Source: an uncultured Candidatus Poseidoniales archaeon
GTDB lineage: Archaea > Thermoplasmatota > Poseidoniia > Poseidoniales > Thalassarchaeaceae
DNA: 64,000 bases
Reading direction: 5' to 3'
Assembly: GCA_902625325.1 (NCBI GenBank)
Contig: CACOAW010000003.1
Location: 19,097-83,096 of the forward strand
Position numbers and translations under genes: made by a program. The notes under the pieces were generated by a model. That model was given only the letters and a program-made list of their open reading frames with translations, was not told the DNA's origin and ran no database searches. Shown here piece by piece: positions 27,294 to 36,694 of this stretch (its first letter is position 1; each line of letters starts with the position of its first letter).

Positions 27294-28750
27294 ATCTGAA
27301 TTTCACGACTCCTGGTTACTACTACTGGTTCCTGCCTCTAGTCATGGCTCTATACTTCTTCGCCCTGAGGGGCAAGAGGGACCAGCGGATCGTACTACTG
27401 GTGGCGATGAGCTATCTATTCTTCTGGATGGCATCTGGGTGGCACTTCCTACTGCTGGCGGTTTCGACTTGCACAGACTGGTTCGCAGGCAGGAGAATTT
27501 CCGATTCCGATGAACAAACGATACGGAAGCGGTGGCTAGGTGGGAGTCTCATCATAAATTTGGGAATCTTGGCCACTTTCAAATATCTTAATTTCATAAT
27601 CGAGTCCCTGAACTTGATTTCTCTTCGACTCCCTTCATCCCCTGAAATCGACACCTTCAGCCTCATACTCCCAGTGGGGATTTCATTCTACACCTTCCAA
27701 ACCATGTCCTACACAATCGACATCTACAGGGGGAAGAGCAAGCCATACGAAAGATTTCATGACTTCGCCTGCTATGCATCCTTCTTCCCTCAACTTGTTG
27801 CGGGTCCGATCGTCAGGTCTCACGAGTTCCTCAATCAGATAGAGAACCCAAAGGAGTTCTCACTTAGCAGAGCGAGGCTGGGTGCGACTCTGATTTTCTA
27901 TGGGCTGTTCAAGAAGATGGTCATAGCAGATAACTTGGCACTGCACGTCAACTCCATTTTCTCAGAGGGCGCGGCTCTAGATAACACTGCCTTGGTCTGG
28001 TGGGGGGCGCTATGCTTCGGTATTCAGATATACTGCGATTTCTCTGGTTACACTGACATTGCTCTTGGCTCCGCCCATATCCTGGGAATAGAGCTACCTG
28101 AGAACTTCAGGACCCCATACGCAGCGACCTCTCCCAGGGACTTCTGGAGGAGGTGGCACATCTCCCTCTCCACGTGGCTCCGTGACTATCTCTACATCCC
28201 CCTTGGAGGTAGTAGGCATGGTTCCCGGGCAATGGTGATAGCACTTATGGCAACAATGCTACTTGGAGGTCTCTGGCACGGCGCATCTTGGAACTTTGTG
28301 CTCTGGGGCTTCCTCCATGGTCTACTACTCCTCGCAAATCGTGCCCTATCCTCGAGTAACACTATCGCATCCTTCTTCAACAGATTTCCTCGGACAATGA
28401 CTACCGCCTCTTGGTTGTGCACCCAATACTTCGTTTTCTTGACTTGGCTGGTTTTCAGGATAGAGGATACTAGCATGCTGGCTAGAAGCATGAAATCTTT
28501 CGTTGGTTGGGATAGCCACTGGGATATCGATGAATTAGTAGGGGCTCTTCCATTCATCAAGATAACCACTGGAGTAATGGTGGCTGGTTTTGCTATTTTT
28601 CACCTATCTAGCGGCTATGTAGGCGGAGGAAAGTACTGGCTAGCAAGAAGGCAACCTCTTGTTTGGGGGATTATTTGCGGAATTATGACATTCCTCTGCA
28701 TAGTTATGAGGCCTTCTGAAACTATCGACTTCATCTATTTCAGATTCTAG
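27290..28750 (+). CDS. MBOAT family O-acyltransferase (AlgI/PatA/DltB-like)
   Basis: LPVGISFYTFQ, FFPQLVAGPI, YCDFSGYTD, FWRRWHISLSTWLRDYLYIPLGG and GLWHGA. Confidence 0.95.
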   Translation: MNLNFTTPGYYYWFLPLVMALYFFALRGKRDQRIVLLVAMSYLFFWMASGWHFLLLAVSTCTDWFAGRRISDSDEQTIRKRWLGGSLIINLGILATFKYLNFIIESLNLISLRLPSSPEIDTFSLILPVGISFYTFQTMSYTIDIYRGKSKPYERFHDFACYASFFPQLVAGPIVRSHEFLNQIENPKEFSLSRARLGATLIFYGLFKKMVIADNLALHVNSIFSEGAALDNTALVWWGALCFGIQIYCDFSGYTDIALGSAHILGIELPENFRTPYAATSPRDFWRRWHISLSTWLRDYLYIPLGGSRHGSRAMVIALMATMLLGGLWHGASWNFVLWGFLHGLLLLANRALSSSNTIASFFNRFPRTMTTASWLCTQYFVFLTWLVFRIEDTSMLARSMKSFVGWDSHWDIDELVGALPFIKITTGVMVAGFAIFHLSSGYVGGGKYWLARRQPLVWGIICGIMTFLCIVMRPSETIDFIYFRF

Positions 28751-29636
28751 CTAACCTGTCAATTAGCCATTCATAAAGTTCTGATGAAGTATCTTCTCTT
28801 CGCAAACCATGATCAATCTGAGACTTTAGCCACGACATCGGATCTCCGCTGTCATACATTCTCATCTGTTCAAGATTTACCGCATTAATGCCAACATTTT
28901 CAATCAGATAATTTAGTACGTAAATCGACTGCATCTCTCCGAATTCCGAAAGTGGGAATTTCTCTAAGATAGATGAAGTATTCTCTGGAAATATATACCT
29001 CCCGCAAAGAACCATATCACTCTTCGCATCATCAGGTGATGGCTTCTCTGTGATACTGGAGACCATACGATCGAGGACCTCCACTACGCCGTAATTACTA
29101 ACCTCATCCTTCTCAACTCGACACACTCCTACGCAAGGTAAACCATTATTTTGGTGTGCAATAACAAGTTTTCTGGAAGCGTCGGATGCATAATCTGGTC
29201 CCGATTTACTCGGTGCAAAATTGTCCTCCATGACAAGCATGTCTCCCAAGAGGACAAGGAAAGGGCCATTTACATGATCATTGGTCACAGAAATAGCATC
29301 TGCAACCCCTCCTGCCGCAACCTGGATATGGGGAATGACCTCAATTCCTTTAGTACCGAGTCTCAGAGAATCTCTAGGTAAATCAGATCTGACTCCATCG
29401 AAATTAATTGGTTCGCCTCCTAGGAATCCATCAAGAATTTCCCTTTTCCTCTCTGATAGAACTAGATGGACTCTGGTTACGCCAGCTTTTTCTGCTTCCC
29501 ATACAAGATGGTTCAATATCGGCGTATCAATGAGTGGCAATGCTTCTTTCGGCGAATATAGGCTTGCAGGTAGCATCCTAGTTCCTAAACCACCAGCAAG
29601 AATTACCGCGTCTCGTACCATGCCGTGCTCTGCCAT
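28740..29636 (-). CDS. Sugar-1-phosphate nucleotidyltransferase (GalU-like)
   Basis: ILAGGLGTRMLPA...PKE.LP, LGD, YGV and EKP. Confidence 0.85.
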   Translation of the reverse strand: MAEHGMVRDAVILAGGLGTRMLPASLYSPKEALPLIDTPILNHLVWEAEKAGVTRVHLVLSERKREILDGFLGGEPINFDGVRSDLPRDSLRLGTKGIEVIPHIQVAAGGVADAISVTNDHVNGPFLVLLGDMLVMEDNFAPSKSGPDYASDASRKLVIAHQNNGLPCVGVCRVEKDEVSNYGVVEVLDRMVSSITEKPSPDDAKSDMVLCGRYIFPENTSSILEKFPLSEFGEMQSIYVLNYLIENVGINAVNLEQMRMYDSGDPMSWLKSQIDHGLRREDTSSELYEWLIDRLARI

Positions 29637-29724
29637 GATGTGTTAGTATTCAAGCAAACGGAATAAAATAATTCAATCATTCATCATCTATTACAATGAA
29701 AAGCCCACCTCATTACGGGACATT

Positions 29725-30414
29725 ATGTACAAGGTCACTATTGTTGTACCAGTAAAGGATGAAGAGGTCGGTCTGAAGTACTTAATTGGTGATTTCGAAA
29801 ACTCGTTAATCAAAGAAGAATATGAAGTAACGCTAATTTTTGTAATTGATGAGAGGACAAGTGACGACTCGCGTCTTTTTGCAACCAGACTCTCCAATCA
29901 TATTATTGATCAGTGTGGATCACATGGGAAGGGAGATGCAATAAAAAGAGCAATTAGTTATTTAGAAAATTTTGAAACACATTTTGTCATATTCTTGGAT
30001 GCAGACGGCTCTTACTCTTTCAATGCAGTGAAACATGTAGTTAATTCTCTAATTCAAGGAGCGGATGTTGTCTCTGGATCACGTTTTCTAAGCTCATCAG
30101 GAAGGCCGAAAGGGATGAGTTTGATGCACACTTTTGGAAATCACCTTTTATCTAAGATTGCTAGTATAAAGAACCGTAGGAAAATTTCAGATCTTTGCAC
30201 TGGTCTTTGGGGATTCAAATATGAACCAATTATGTCCATGGACATTAAATCCAGTGGATTTGATTTGGAGGCGGAGTTGGCCGGCTTGGCAAGAAAGAGA
30301 AATCTAAGGCATGTCGAGGTACCTGTAGAATGGAGTCAGAGAAAGGGAGGGAGCAGTAAACTAAGATCAATCCGTGATGGTGCAATAATACTTAGGAGAA
30401 TAATTAGTACCTAA
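29725..30414 (+). CDS. GT2 glycosyltransferase, dolichol-phosphate-sugar synthase-like
   Basis: VVPVKDEE, GKG.A, DADGSY, V.GSRF and R.GG.SKL. Confidence 0.85.
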   Translation: MYKVTIVVPVKDEEVGLKYLIGDFENSLIKEEYEVTLIFVIDERTSDDSRLFATRLSNHIIDQCGSHGKGDAIKRAISYLENFETHFVIFLDADGSYSFNAVKHVVNSLIQGADVVSGSRFLSSSGRPKGMSLMHTFGNHLLSKIASIKNRRKISDLCTGLWGFKYEPIMSMDIKSSGFDLEAELAGLARKRNLRHVEVPVEWSQRKGGSSKLRSIRDGAIILRRIIST

Positions 30415-30415
30415 G

Positions 30416-31027
30416 CTATACCCAACCAGAAACCGTTTGATTCGGCCTAATCATCGTACCTGGACATATAATTGCTCCTGGATTAGAAACTACATTGCAC
30501 CCAATTCGACTACCGTCACCAACTAAAGCCCCAAGCTTCTTCATGCCACTATCAATGCGTATACCTTCCAGTATCAATGGAATATTCCCTCTATCATTTC
30601 TGACGTTGGATAGTTTTGCCCCTGCTCCAAGGTTGACATTATATCCTAAAATAGAATCTCCAACATAGTTGAAGTGTGGTGCCTTAGCGTTCGGCAATAA
30701 TATCGAGTTCTTAATTTCCGTAGAATGGCCTACCAAAGCACCACTACAAATCCAAGAACCCTTTCTGAGGTATGCCGAATGGCGAATTTCAGAATCTTCC
30801 CCTACAAAACAAGGTCCTTCAAACACCACTCCCTCTCCAATCTTCGCCGTTGGATGTATGAAAACCCCGTCCATTTCTCCAGAAAGGCTGTAAATCTGCG
30901 ACTGCAAGCCACCCTCTTCTGTTGTCAGGATTTCCCATGGATTAAGGAATCCGTCCCAATCTGGAACAATCGATGAAGAATCATTAGAAAACCCGGGAAA
31001 CAATCGCAACAGTAACTCCATAGCCAT
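30416..31027 (-). CDS. Stand-alone hexapeptide-repeat (LbH) acetyltransferase, archaeal GlmU C-terminal-like
   Basis: PWEIL, EIKNS, HFNYVGDSILG..VNLGAG and KLGA..GD. No N-terminal uridyltransferase domain. Start chosen after an AT-rich, intergenic-like stretch. Confidence 0.8.
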   Translation of the reverse strand: MAMELLLRLFPGFSNDSSSIVPDWDGFLNPWEILTTEEGGLQSQIYSLSGEMDGVFIHPTAKIGEGVVFEGPCFVGEDSEIRHSAYLRKGSWICSGALVGHSTEIKNSILLPNAKAPHFNYVGDSILGYNVNLGAGAKLSNVRNDRGNIPLILEGIRIDSGMKKLGALVGDGSRIGCNVVSNPGAIICPGTMIRPNQTVSGWV

Positions 31028-31160
31028 TCCCTTTGAGATTAACAAATAACTGTTTTCTGATAATTTACTTATAACATCATTTACTCGTAATATGGCCAAT
31101 TCTGGGTAGGGATATCGAATTGGGTCGTTTTCAAATACTCCCTCCATTGCCCGTTTACTA

Positions 31161-32981
31161 ATGTGCGGCATTTTTGGTTGCATATCGAATGATGCTGCCA
31201 GCATAGTTCTCGAAGGACTCCGAAAATTAGAGTATCGGGGGTATGACTCAGCAGGATTGGCGGCTATTTTTTCAGATGAAAATACATTTATAGAAACAGA
31301 AAGAACTACCGGTTATGTCTCCGACTTGGTCTCTAAGGCAAATGGTCGATTCAGAGATGCTATAATTTCCATTGGACATACTAGATGGGCCACCCATGGC
31401 GGTGTCACCGATGAAAATGCACATCCCCACTCAAGCAACGATGGAAATATTACTATCGCTCATAATGGCATCATTGAAAACGCCTCTGAACTACTTTCAA
31501 GAGTCAAAAACCTTGGTTATGAAATCAAATCAGAGACAGATTCCGAGGTCATCGTCCATTTATTCGATCATGAGTTAAGGACTCAACCACCAACAAAAAC
31601 CCCACTTGACGCGTTTCGTAGGACTATCGAGATGCTAGAGGGATCTTGGGCCTTAGCTGTGATGATTGCGGGAGTGGATGGTATCCTAGTCGCTAGAAAC
31701 GGAGCGCCATTAATAGTTGGCCGGGGAATTGGGAAGATTTGCGTTTCATCGGATATACAACCATTCTATGGGACATGCTCAGAAATCGCATTCCTCAATG
31801 ACGGCGATATCCTCATGCTAACTAGCGAAGGAGCGATTTGGACGGACCACAGTCAATTAGTTTTTGAGACATTAGAGGGGACATATGTCGAGGAAGACCG
31901 CGGAAATTTCCCACACCTAATGTTGAAGGAAATTCACGATCAGCCAATTTCGATGTCAAATGTACTTGGAGGGCGAATTTCAGCAGATGGATTGAATGCA
32001 CAGCTGGGTGGCATGAGTTTAAATCCAGCTCAAATAAGGAAATTAGACAGAATTAATATCGTAGCCTGTGGATCCGCATTTTATGCTTCTTTGATTGGTA
32101 CTGATTATCTCAGAAAGTACACGAATCTGACCGTCGAAGCATTCAGAGCTAGTGAATTTCCAGCAAGTAGAGTATGCAGCAAAAAAACTCTCACCATAGG
32201 TGTCAGTCAGTCAGGAGAGACGAAAGACACCTTAGACGCCCTTATTGAAGCAAGAAGGTATGGAAGCCACATTTCCTCATTTTGTAACATAATAGGGTCA
32301 ACAATGGCACGTCTAACTGGAAACGGTGCTTACCTGTATGCAGGCCCGGAGTTTGCAGTGGCTTCGACTAAGGCATTCACAAATATGGTGGCTGTTTTCG
32401 CTCTATTTGCAATTACAGTCTCTGAAATAAATCCTGCAGAGAAAAAGGAGTTAGTTTCAGAACTAAGGCGTTTACCAAATAAGATATCCACTCAACTACT
32501 TGATGACGATGGCTCTATCGGCAGAGCAGTAGATTTTCTCTCTTCCTCGAACTCAGCGATTTTTATAGGAAGAGGGCTCTCTTCTCATCTAACCGAAGAA
32601 GGTGCTCTGAAGATGATGGAGGTGGCATATCTCCCCTGTCTCTCATATCCTGGTGGAGAACTGAAGCACGGACCAATTGCACTAATTGAGGATGGTACGC
32701 CAGTTGTCGCCATTGCTCCCAGTGACTCGACTGCAACTTTGATGGAATCAAGTATCAGGGAGTGCAAGTCTAGGGGTGCAAATGTAATCCTCATTACAGA
32801 TATTGAGGGGCCGATTTGTAGTTTTGCTGATATTGTAATTCCAGTTTCACAGACACATCCTGATTTAACCCCTATCTTGAATTCAATACCTCTACAGATT
32901 TTGGCATACAAGTTGGGAGTTGCCAAAGGTGCTAATGTAGATAGGCCGAGAAACCTTGCTAAATCCGTCACAGTAGTGTAA
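31161..32981 (+). CDS. glmS: Glutamine--fructose-6-phosphate aminotransferase
   Basis: MCGI, EYRGYDSAG, GHTRWATHG, SQSGET, ELKHGP and PRNLAKSVTV. Confidence 0.97.
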   Translation: MCGIFGCISNDAASIVLEGLRKLEYRGYDSAGLAAIFSDENTFIETERTTGYVSDLVSKANGRFRDAIISIGHTRWATHGGVTDENAHPHSSNDGNITIAHNGIIENASELLSRVKNLGYEIKSETDSEVIVHLFDHELRTQPPTKTPLDAFRRTIEMLEGSWALAVMIAGVDGILVARNGAPLIVGRGIGKICVSSDIQPFYGTCSEIAFLNDGDILMLTSEGAIWTDHSQLVFETLEGTYVEEDRGNFPHLMLKEIHDQPISMSNVLGGRISADGLNAQLGGMSLNPAQIRKLDRINIVACGSAFYASLIGTDYLRKYTNLTVEAFRASEFPASRVCSKKTLTIGVSQSGETKDTLDALIEARRYGSHISSFCNIIGSTMARLTGNGAYLYAGPEFAVASTKAFTNMVAVFALFAITVSEINPAEKKELVSELRRLPNKISTQLLDDDGSIGRAVDFLSSSNSAIFIGRGLSSHLTEEGALKMMEVAYLPCLSYPGGELKHGPIALIEDGTPVVAIAPSDSTATLMESSIRECKSRGANVILITDIEGPICSFADIVIPVSQTHPDLTPILNSIPLQILAYKLGVAKGANVDRPRNLAKSVTVV

Positions 32982-33011
32982 CATTATATCCCCCAACTAC
33001 TGCCTAAGCAC

Positions 33012-34124
33012 ATGAAGAAGGCTCTAATTACCGGCATAACCGGACAAGATGGCTCATATTTGGCAGAATTTCTTCTTGAAAAGGGATATGAAGTACACGG
33101 AATTAAGAGACGATCTTCTTCATTCAATACCTCACGAATTGATCACATATACCAAGACCCACACATAGATGGCAGAAAACTTATCCTTCACTATGGAGAC
33201 TTGACAGACTCATCCAACATCACAGGCATTATGAACCAGATTAAACCAGATGAAATCTATAATTTGGCAGCCCAAAGCCATGTCGCTGTGAGCTTTCTCA
33301 CACCTGAATACACCGCAGATGTCGGTGCTTTAGGGACGTTGCGAATTCTTGAAGCAATCCGATTACTAGGTCTGGAAGAAAAAACCAGATTCTATCAAGC
33401 ATCTACTTCCGAACTGTACGGTCTTGTTCAAGAAACGCCCCAAACCGAACAAACTCCATTCTACCCACGTAGTCCTTACGCCGTTTCAAAACTATTTTCG
33501 TACTGGATGGTTATAAATTACCGTGAAGCATACAATATATTCGCTTGCAATGGGATACTATTCAATCACGAATCTCCAAGAAGAGGGGAGACTTTTGTAA
33601 CACGCAAGATCACACGGGCACTATCGAACATCTCATTGGGGATAGAGGACTGCCTATACTTAGGGAACTTGGACGCAAAAAGAGATTGGGGGCATGCGAA
33701 GGACTACGTTCGAATGCAGTGGTTGATGCTTCAACAAAAGGATCCAGAGGATTATGTTATAGCAACTGGGAAACATCATACTGTAAGAGAATTTATACAA
33801 CTTGCCGCCAATGAATTAGGAATTGAACTCGAATTCAGCGGCCAGGGAGTAGAAGAGGTCGGCACCGTTTCAAATATTTTGCAAGATTCCCCTGCATCAT
33901 TAGAGATTGGAGAAACGATTATCCGTGTAGATCCTAGGTATTTTAGACCAACAGAAGTAGAAGATCTGTTGGGTGACCCTTCCAAAGCGATGGAAAATCT
34001 AGGCTGGTCTCCCGAAATTTCAATTCAAGAGTTGTGCTCGGAAATGGTCAGAAACGACCTAAAGCTAGCAAAGAAATCTAAACTTTTATTGAAACACGGA
34101 CATGATGTTGATATTTCACGGTGA
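33012..34124 (+). CDS. gmd: GDP-mannose 4,6-dehydratase
   Basis: [47 protein letters not shown] and RDWGHA. Confidence 0.97.
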   Translation: MKKALITGITGQDGSYLAEFLLEKGYEVHGIKRRSSSFNTSRIDHIYQDPHIDGRKLILHYGDLTDSSNITGIMNQIKPDEIYNLAAQSHVAVSFLTPEYTADVGALGTLRILEAIRLLGLEEKTRFYQASTSELYGLVQETPQTEQTPFYPRSPYAVSKLFSYWMVINYREAYNIFACNGILFNHESPRRGETFVTRKITRALSNISLGIEDCLYLGNLDAKRDWGHAKDYVRMQWLMLQQKDPEDYVIATGKHHTVREFIQLAANELGIELEFSGQGVEEVGTVSNILQDSPASLEIGETIIRVDPRYFRPTEVEDLLGDPSKAMENLGWSPEISIQELCSEMVRNDLKLAKKSKLLLKHGHDVDISR

Positions 34125-34130
34125 GGTCAA

Positions 34131-35108
34131 TTGGGCGTTGTTAATAAGAAAATATTTGTCGCTGGCCATAATGGAATGGTCGGCTCTGCCATAATCAGAA
34201 AACTAAACTCAATCGGAAATTGCAATATTATAACCGCGGAAAGAAAAGATTTAGATCTTACAAATCAGCTTTCTGTTAATACATTCTTCAAAGAAAACCC
34301 AATTGATGTGGTGATTTTGGCCGCTGCGAAGGTTGGAGGAATCCATGCAAACAACACTAAGCCTGCTGACTTTATCTATGAAAATTTGATGATAGAAGCT
34401 AACATTATTTTCGCGTCGTATCAAAATAGAATCAATGACGTTCTTTTCCTGGGCTCATCGTGCATATACCCAAAGAATACTCAACAACCAATGTCCGAGG
34501 AATCCCTTCTTTCTGGATTCCTAGAGCCAACAAATGAGCCATATGCTATTGCAAAAATCGCTGGAATAAAGCTGTGTGAGAGTTTCAATCGACAATTTTC
34601 TACAAACTATAGGTCTCTAATGCCAACCAATCTGTATGGTCCAAATGATAATTTTCACCCGATGGATTCTCACGTAGTCCCGGCTCTAATTGGGAAATTT
34701 CACAATGCAACTAAAAAAGGCGAGAAAGAAGTGATTGTCTGGGGGTCAGGAAGGCCCAGAAGGGAATTTTTGCACGTTGACGACCTTGCCTCTGCATCCA
34801 TCTTCTTTCTCAGCCTTTCAGATTTAGAAATCGCAAATCATACAACACCGATGAACTCACACGTAAATGTGGGAACTGGCAAAGATTACTCAATTTCTGA
34901 GTTGGCGGAGATTATCGCTAATTCCACTGGATTTGAAGGTAACATTATTTTCGATACAGAAATGCCAGATGGTACCCTCAGAAAACTTCTAGACGTTACA
35001 AAAATGAAAGATCTGGGTTGGTCTTACTCAATACCTTTGGATGAAGGGATCGATGAAACTTATTCTTGGTTTAAGCAAAATATTAGCAAATTGAGGGGAT
35101 TCAATTGA
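34131..35108 (+). CDS. fcl: GDP-L-fucose synthase
   Basis: AGHNGMVGSA, AAKVGGI.AN, LGSSCIYPK, YAIAK, PTNLYGP.DNF and REFLHVDD. Confidence 0.96.
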   Translation: MGVVNKKIFVAGHNGMVGSAIIRKLNSIGNCNIITAERKDLDLTNQLSVNTFFKENPIDVVILAAAKVGGIHANNTKPADFIYENLMIEANIIFASYQNRINDVLFLGSSCIYPKNTQQPMSEESLLSGFLEPTNEPYAIAKIAGIKLCESFNRQFSTNYRSLMPTNLYGPNDNFHPMDSHVVPALIGKFHNATKKGEKEVIVWGSGRPRREFLHVDDLASASIFFLSLSDLEIANHTTPMNSHVNVGTGKDYSISELAEIIANSTGFEGNIIFDTEMPDGTLRKLLDVTKMKDLGWSYSIPLDEGIDETYSWFKQNISKLRGFN

Positions 35109-35584
35109 ATAAGGATGGTTATCTTGACGATCAAACCTTCAAAATAGTCGTGGAAAACGCGCCACTTGTTTCTATAGATCTCGTCATAGTCAATACATCC
35201 GACGAATTCCTCTTTGGAAAGAGAAGTAACAGACCAGCCAAGGATTCACTGTTTTTCCCAGGAGGACGTATTCAAAAGGGGGAGAAAATAAAAACAGCCA
35301 TAGAGAGGATAATGTATGATGAATTAGGTAGTAAGTCTGTGGACAACCCAGTCTTTATTGGCTATTCTGAGCATCATTACAGGGACGGCATATTTCACGA
35401 TAATGATGGATTTATTGAAACTCACTACATATCACTGGGATTTCTAATAAAAAATCACGACTGTAGGACAATCCAGAATTCTTCCACCCAACACTCTGAA
35501 ATATTGTGGATGAAAAAACCCGATGCCCTTCTTCATACTGAGGTTCATGAATACTGTAAAGACTATCTAAATACCGTGATTTAA
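35105..35584 (+). CDS. GDP-mannose mannosyl hydrolase (NUDIX, WcaH/Gmm-like)
   Basis: PLVSIDL, R.NRPAK...F.PGGRI.K.E, EH.Y, THY and QH; follows gmd-fcl. Confidence 0.85.
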   Translation: MNKDGYLDDQTFKIVVENAPLVSIDLVIVNTSDEFLFGKRSNRPAKDSLFFPGGRIQKGEKIKTAIERIMYDELGSKSVDNPVFIGYSEHHYRDGIFHDNDGFIETHYISLGFLIKNHDCRTIQNSSTQHSEILWMKKPDALLHTEVHEYCKDYLNTVI

Positions 35585-35623
35585 CTTTGAGCGGGATTTT
35601 TGTCTTTACACCCCCCTAAACAA

Positions 35624-35629
35624 TTTATA
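35624..35629 (+). promoter_or_regulatory. Archaeal TATA box (TTTATA) for the 35652 gene
   Basis: TTTATA 23-28 nt upstream of the ATG, preceded by an A-rich BRE-like stretch. Confidence 0.45.
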
Positions 35630-35651
35630 CTCCTTACTTTTCCAAGAAACT

Positions 35652-35837
35652 ATGGCGAGCAAGGCAACACCAAAGTCAAAAACCCAATACCTAACTGTTG
35701 GAGCAGAGACTACAGGACGTTTAGACAGTAGAGTGAATCTTAAACTGAGTGAGGGTTGGAAAGTTAACGGACCCCTGATTGTTGTTGGAGCCGCTCCAGG
35801 GCAATACTTCTACCAGACAATGATTATGGGCAGATAA
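35652..35837 (+). CDS. DUF1737-like small protein
   Basis: Y..V......L...V...L.EGW...G......YQ.M pattern. Confidence 0.6.
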   Translation: MASKATPKSKTQYLTVGAETTGRLDSRVNLKLSEGWKVNGPLIVVGAAPGQYFYQTMIMGR

Positions 35838-35882
35838 TAAATTCCCTCTCTTTGTGGTAATTTAATTGGAAGGAATTAGATA

Positions 35883-36680
35883 ATGAAATGGACTTTCGGA
35901 ATTATCACTTCTGGAAATTCTCATCAGAGCATCTTCAATATCCATAGATCTATCCTAATGCAAGGCATAGATGATGATTACGAAATAATTGTTGTCGGCG
36001 GCCAGCCAATTGATATTGAAGGGGTATCTCACTTTGAGTTCGATGAATCAATTAAGCCAGGATGGATAACAAAAAAGAAGAACATCATTGCTCAGAATGC
36101 GAGTTTTGAGAATATCTGTATGCTTCATGATTATGTTTACTTATTGGAGGGTTGGTATGAAAATTTCTGTGAGTTTGGAAGTAACTGGGATGTTTGTATG
36201 AACTCAATCGTGAACATGGATGGACAGAGGTTCAGAGATTGGGTCACTGGAACTAGATTTTGCCAGGAAAAAGATATCGTTTTCCTAGATTATGATGATC
36301 ATAGCAGAACCAGTCAGATGTATGTATCGGGGACTTATTTTTGTGTAAAGAGAGATTTTCTTATTGAAAATCCAATCGATGAAGAATTAGCATGGGGCCA
36401 AGGTGAGGATGTGGAATGGTCAGAGAGAATTCTGCATCTAGGCAATTGTAATTACAAATGTAATCCAAACTCCAAGGTCTCTCTGATGAAATTGAAGCCA
36501 AATATACATTGGTACAAGCCATTGAACAAGAGAGCAAGAGAAAAATGGGGAAGGGAAAATGGAATTATTAGTGAGGACTATACGGGGAAGAATATGAGAC
36601 AACTCAAAGATATATTGAGATTCAGGGGGTTACCAGTCAGTGGAAGGAAAAGTGAATTGATATCCAGACTACAGAGTTAG
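35883..36680 (+). CDS. GT-A-fold glycosyltransferase-like protein with C-terminal SAP motif
   Basis: TFGIIT, YEIIVVG, WITKKKN, LHDY and GEDVEWS; tail QLKDILRFRGLPVSGRKSELISRL. Confidence 0.7.
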   Translation: MKWTFGIITSGNSHQSIFNIHRSILMQGIDDDYEIIVVGGQPIDIEGVSHFEFDESIKPGWITKKKNIIAQNASFENICMLHDYVYLLEGWYENFCEFGSNWDVCMNSIVNMDGQRFRDWVTGTRFCQEKDIVFLDYDDHSRTSQMYVSGTYFCVKRDFLIENPIDEELAWGQGEDVEWSERILHLGNCNYKCNPNSKVSLMKLKPNIHWYKPLNKRAREKWGRENGIISEDYTGKNMRQLKDILRFRGLPVSGRKSELISRLQS

Positions 36681-36694
36681 CAGGAGAAATATAA

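Noticed and set aside
31028..31204. Head-to-head overlap of the LbH gene with glmS suggested by the ORF track
   Set aside because: The extension is AT-rich and lacks family features. A start at 31027 gives a normal divergent spacer.
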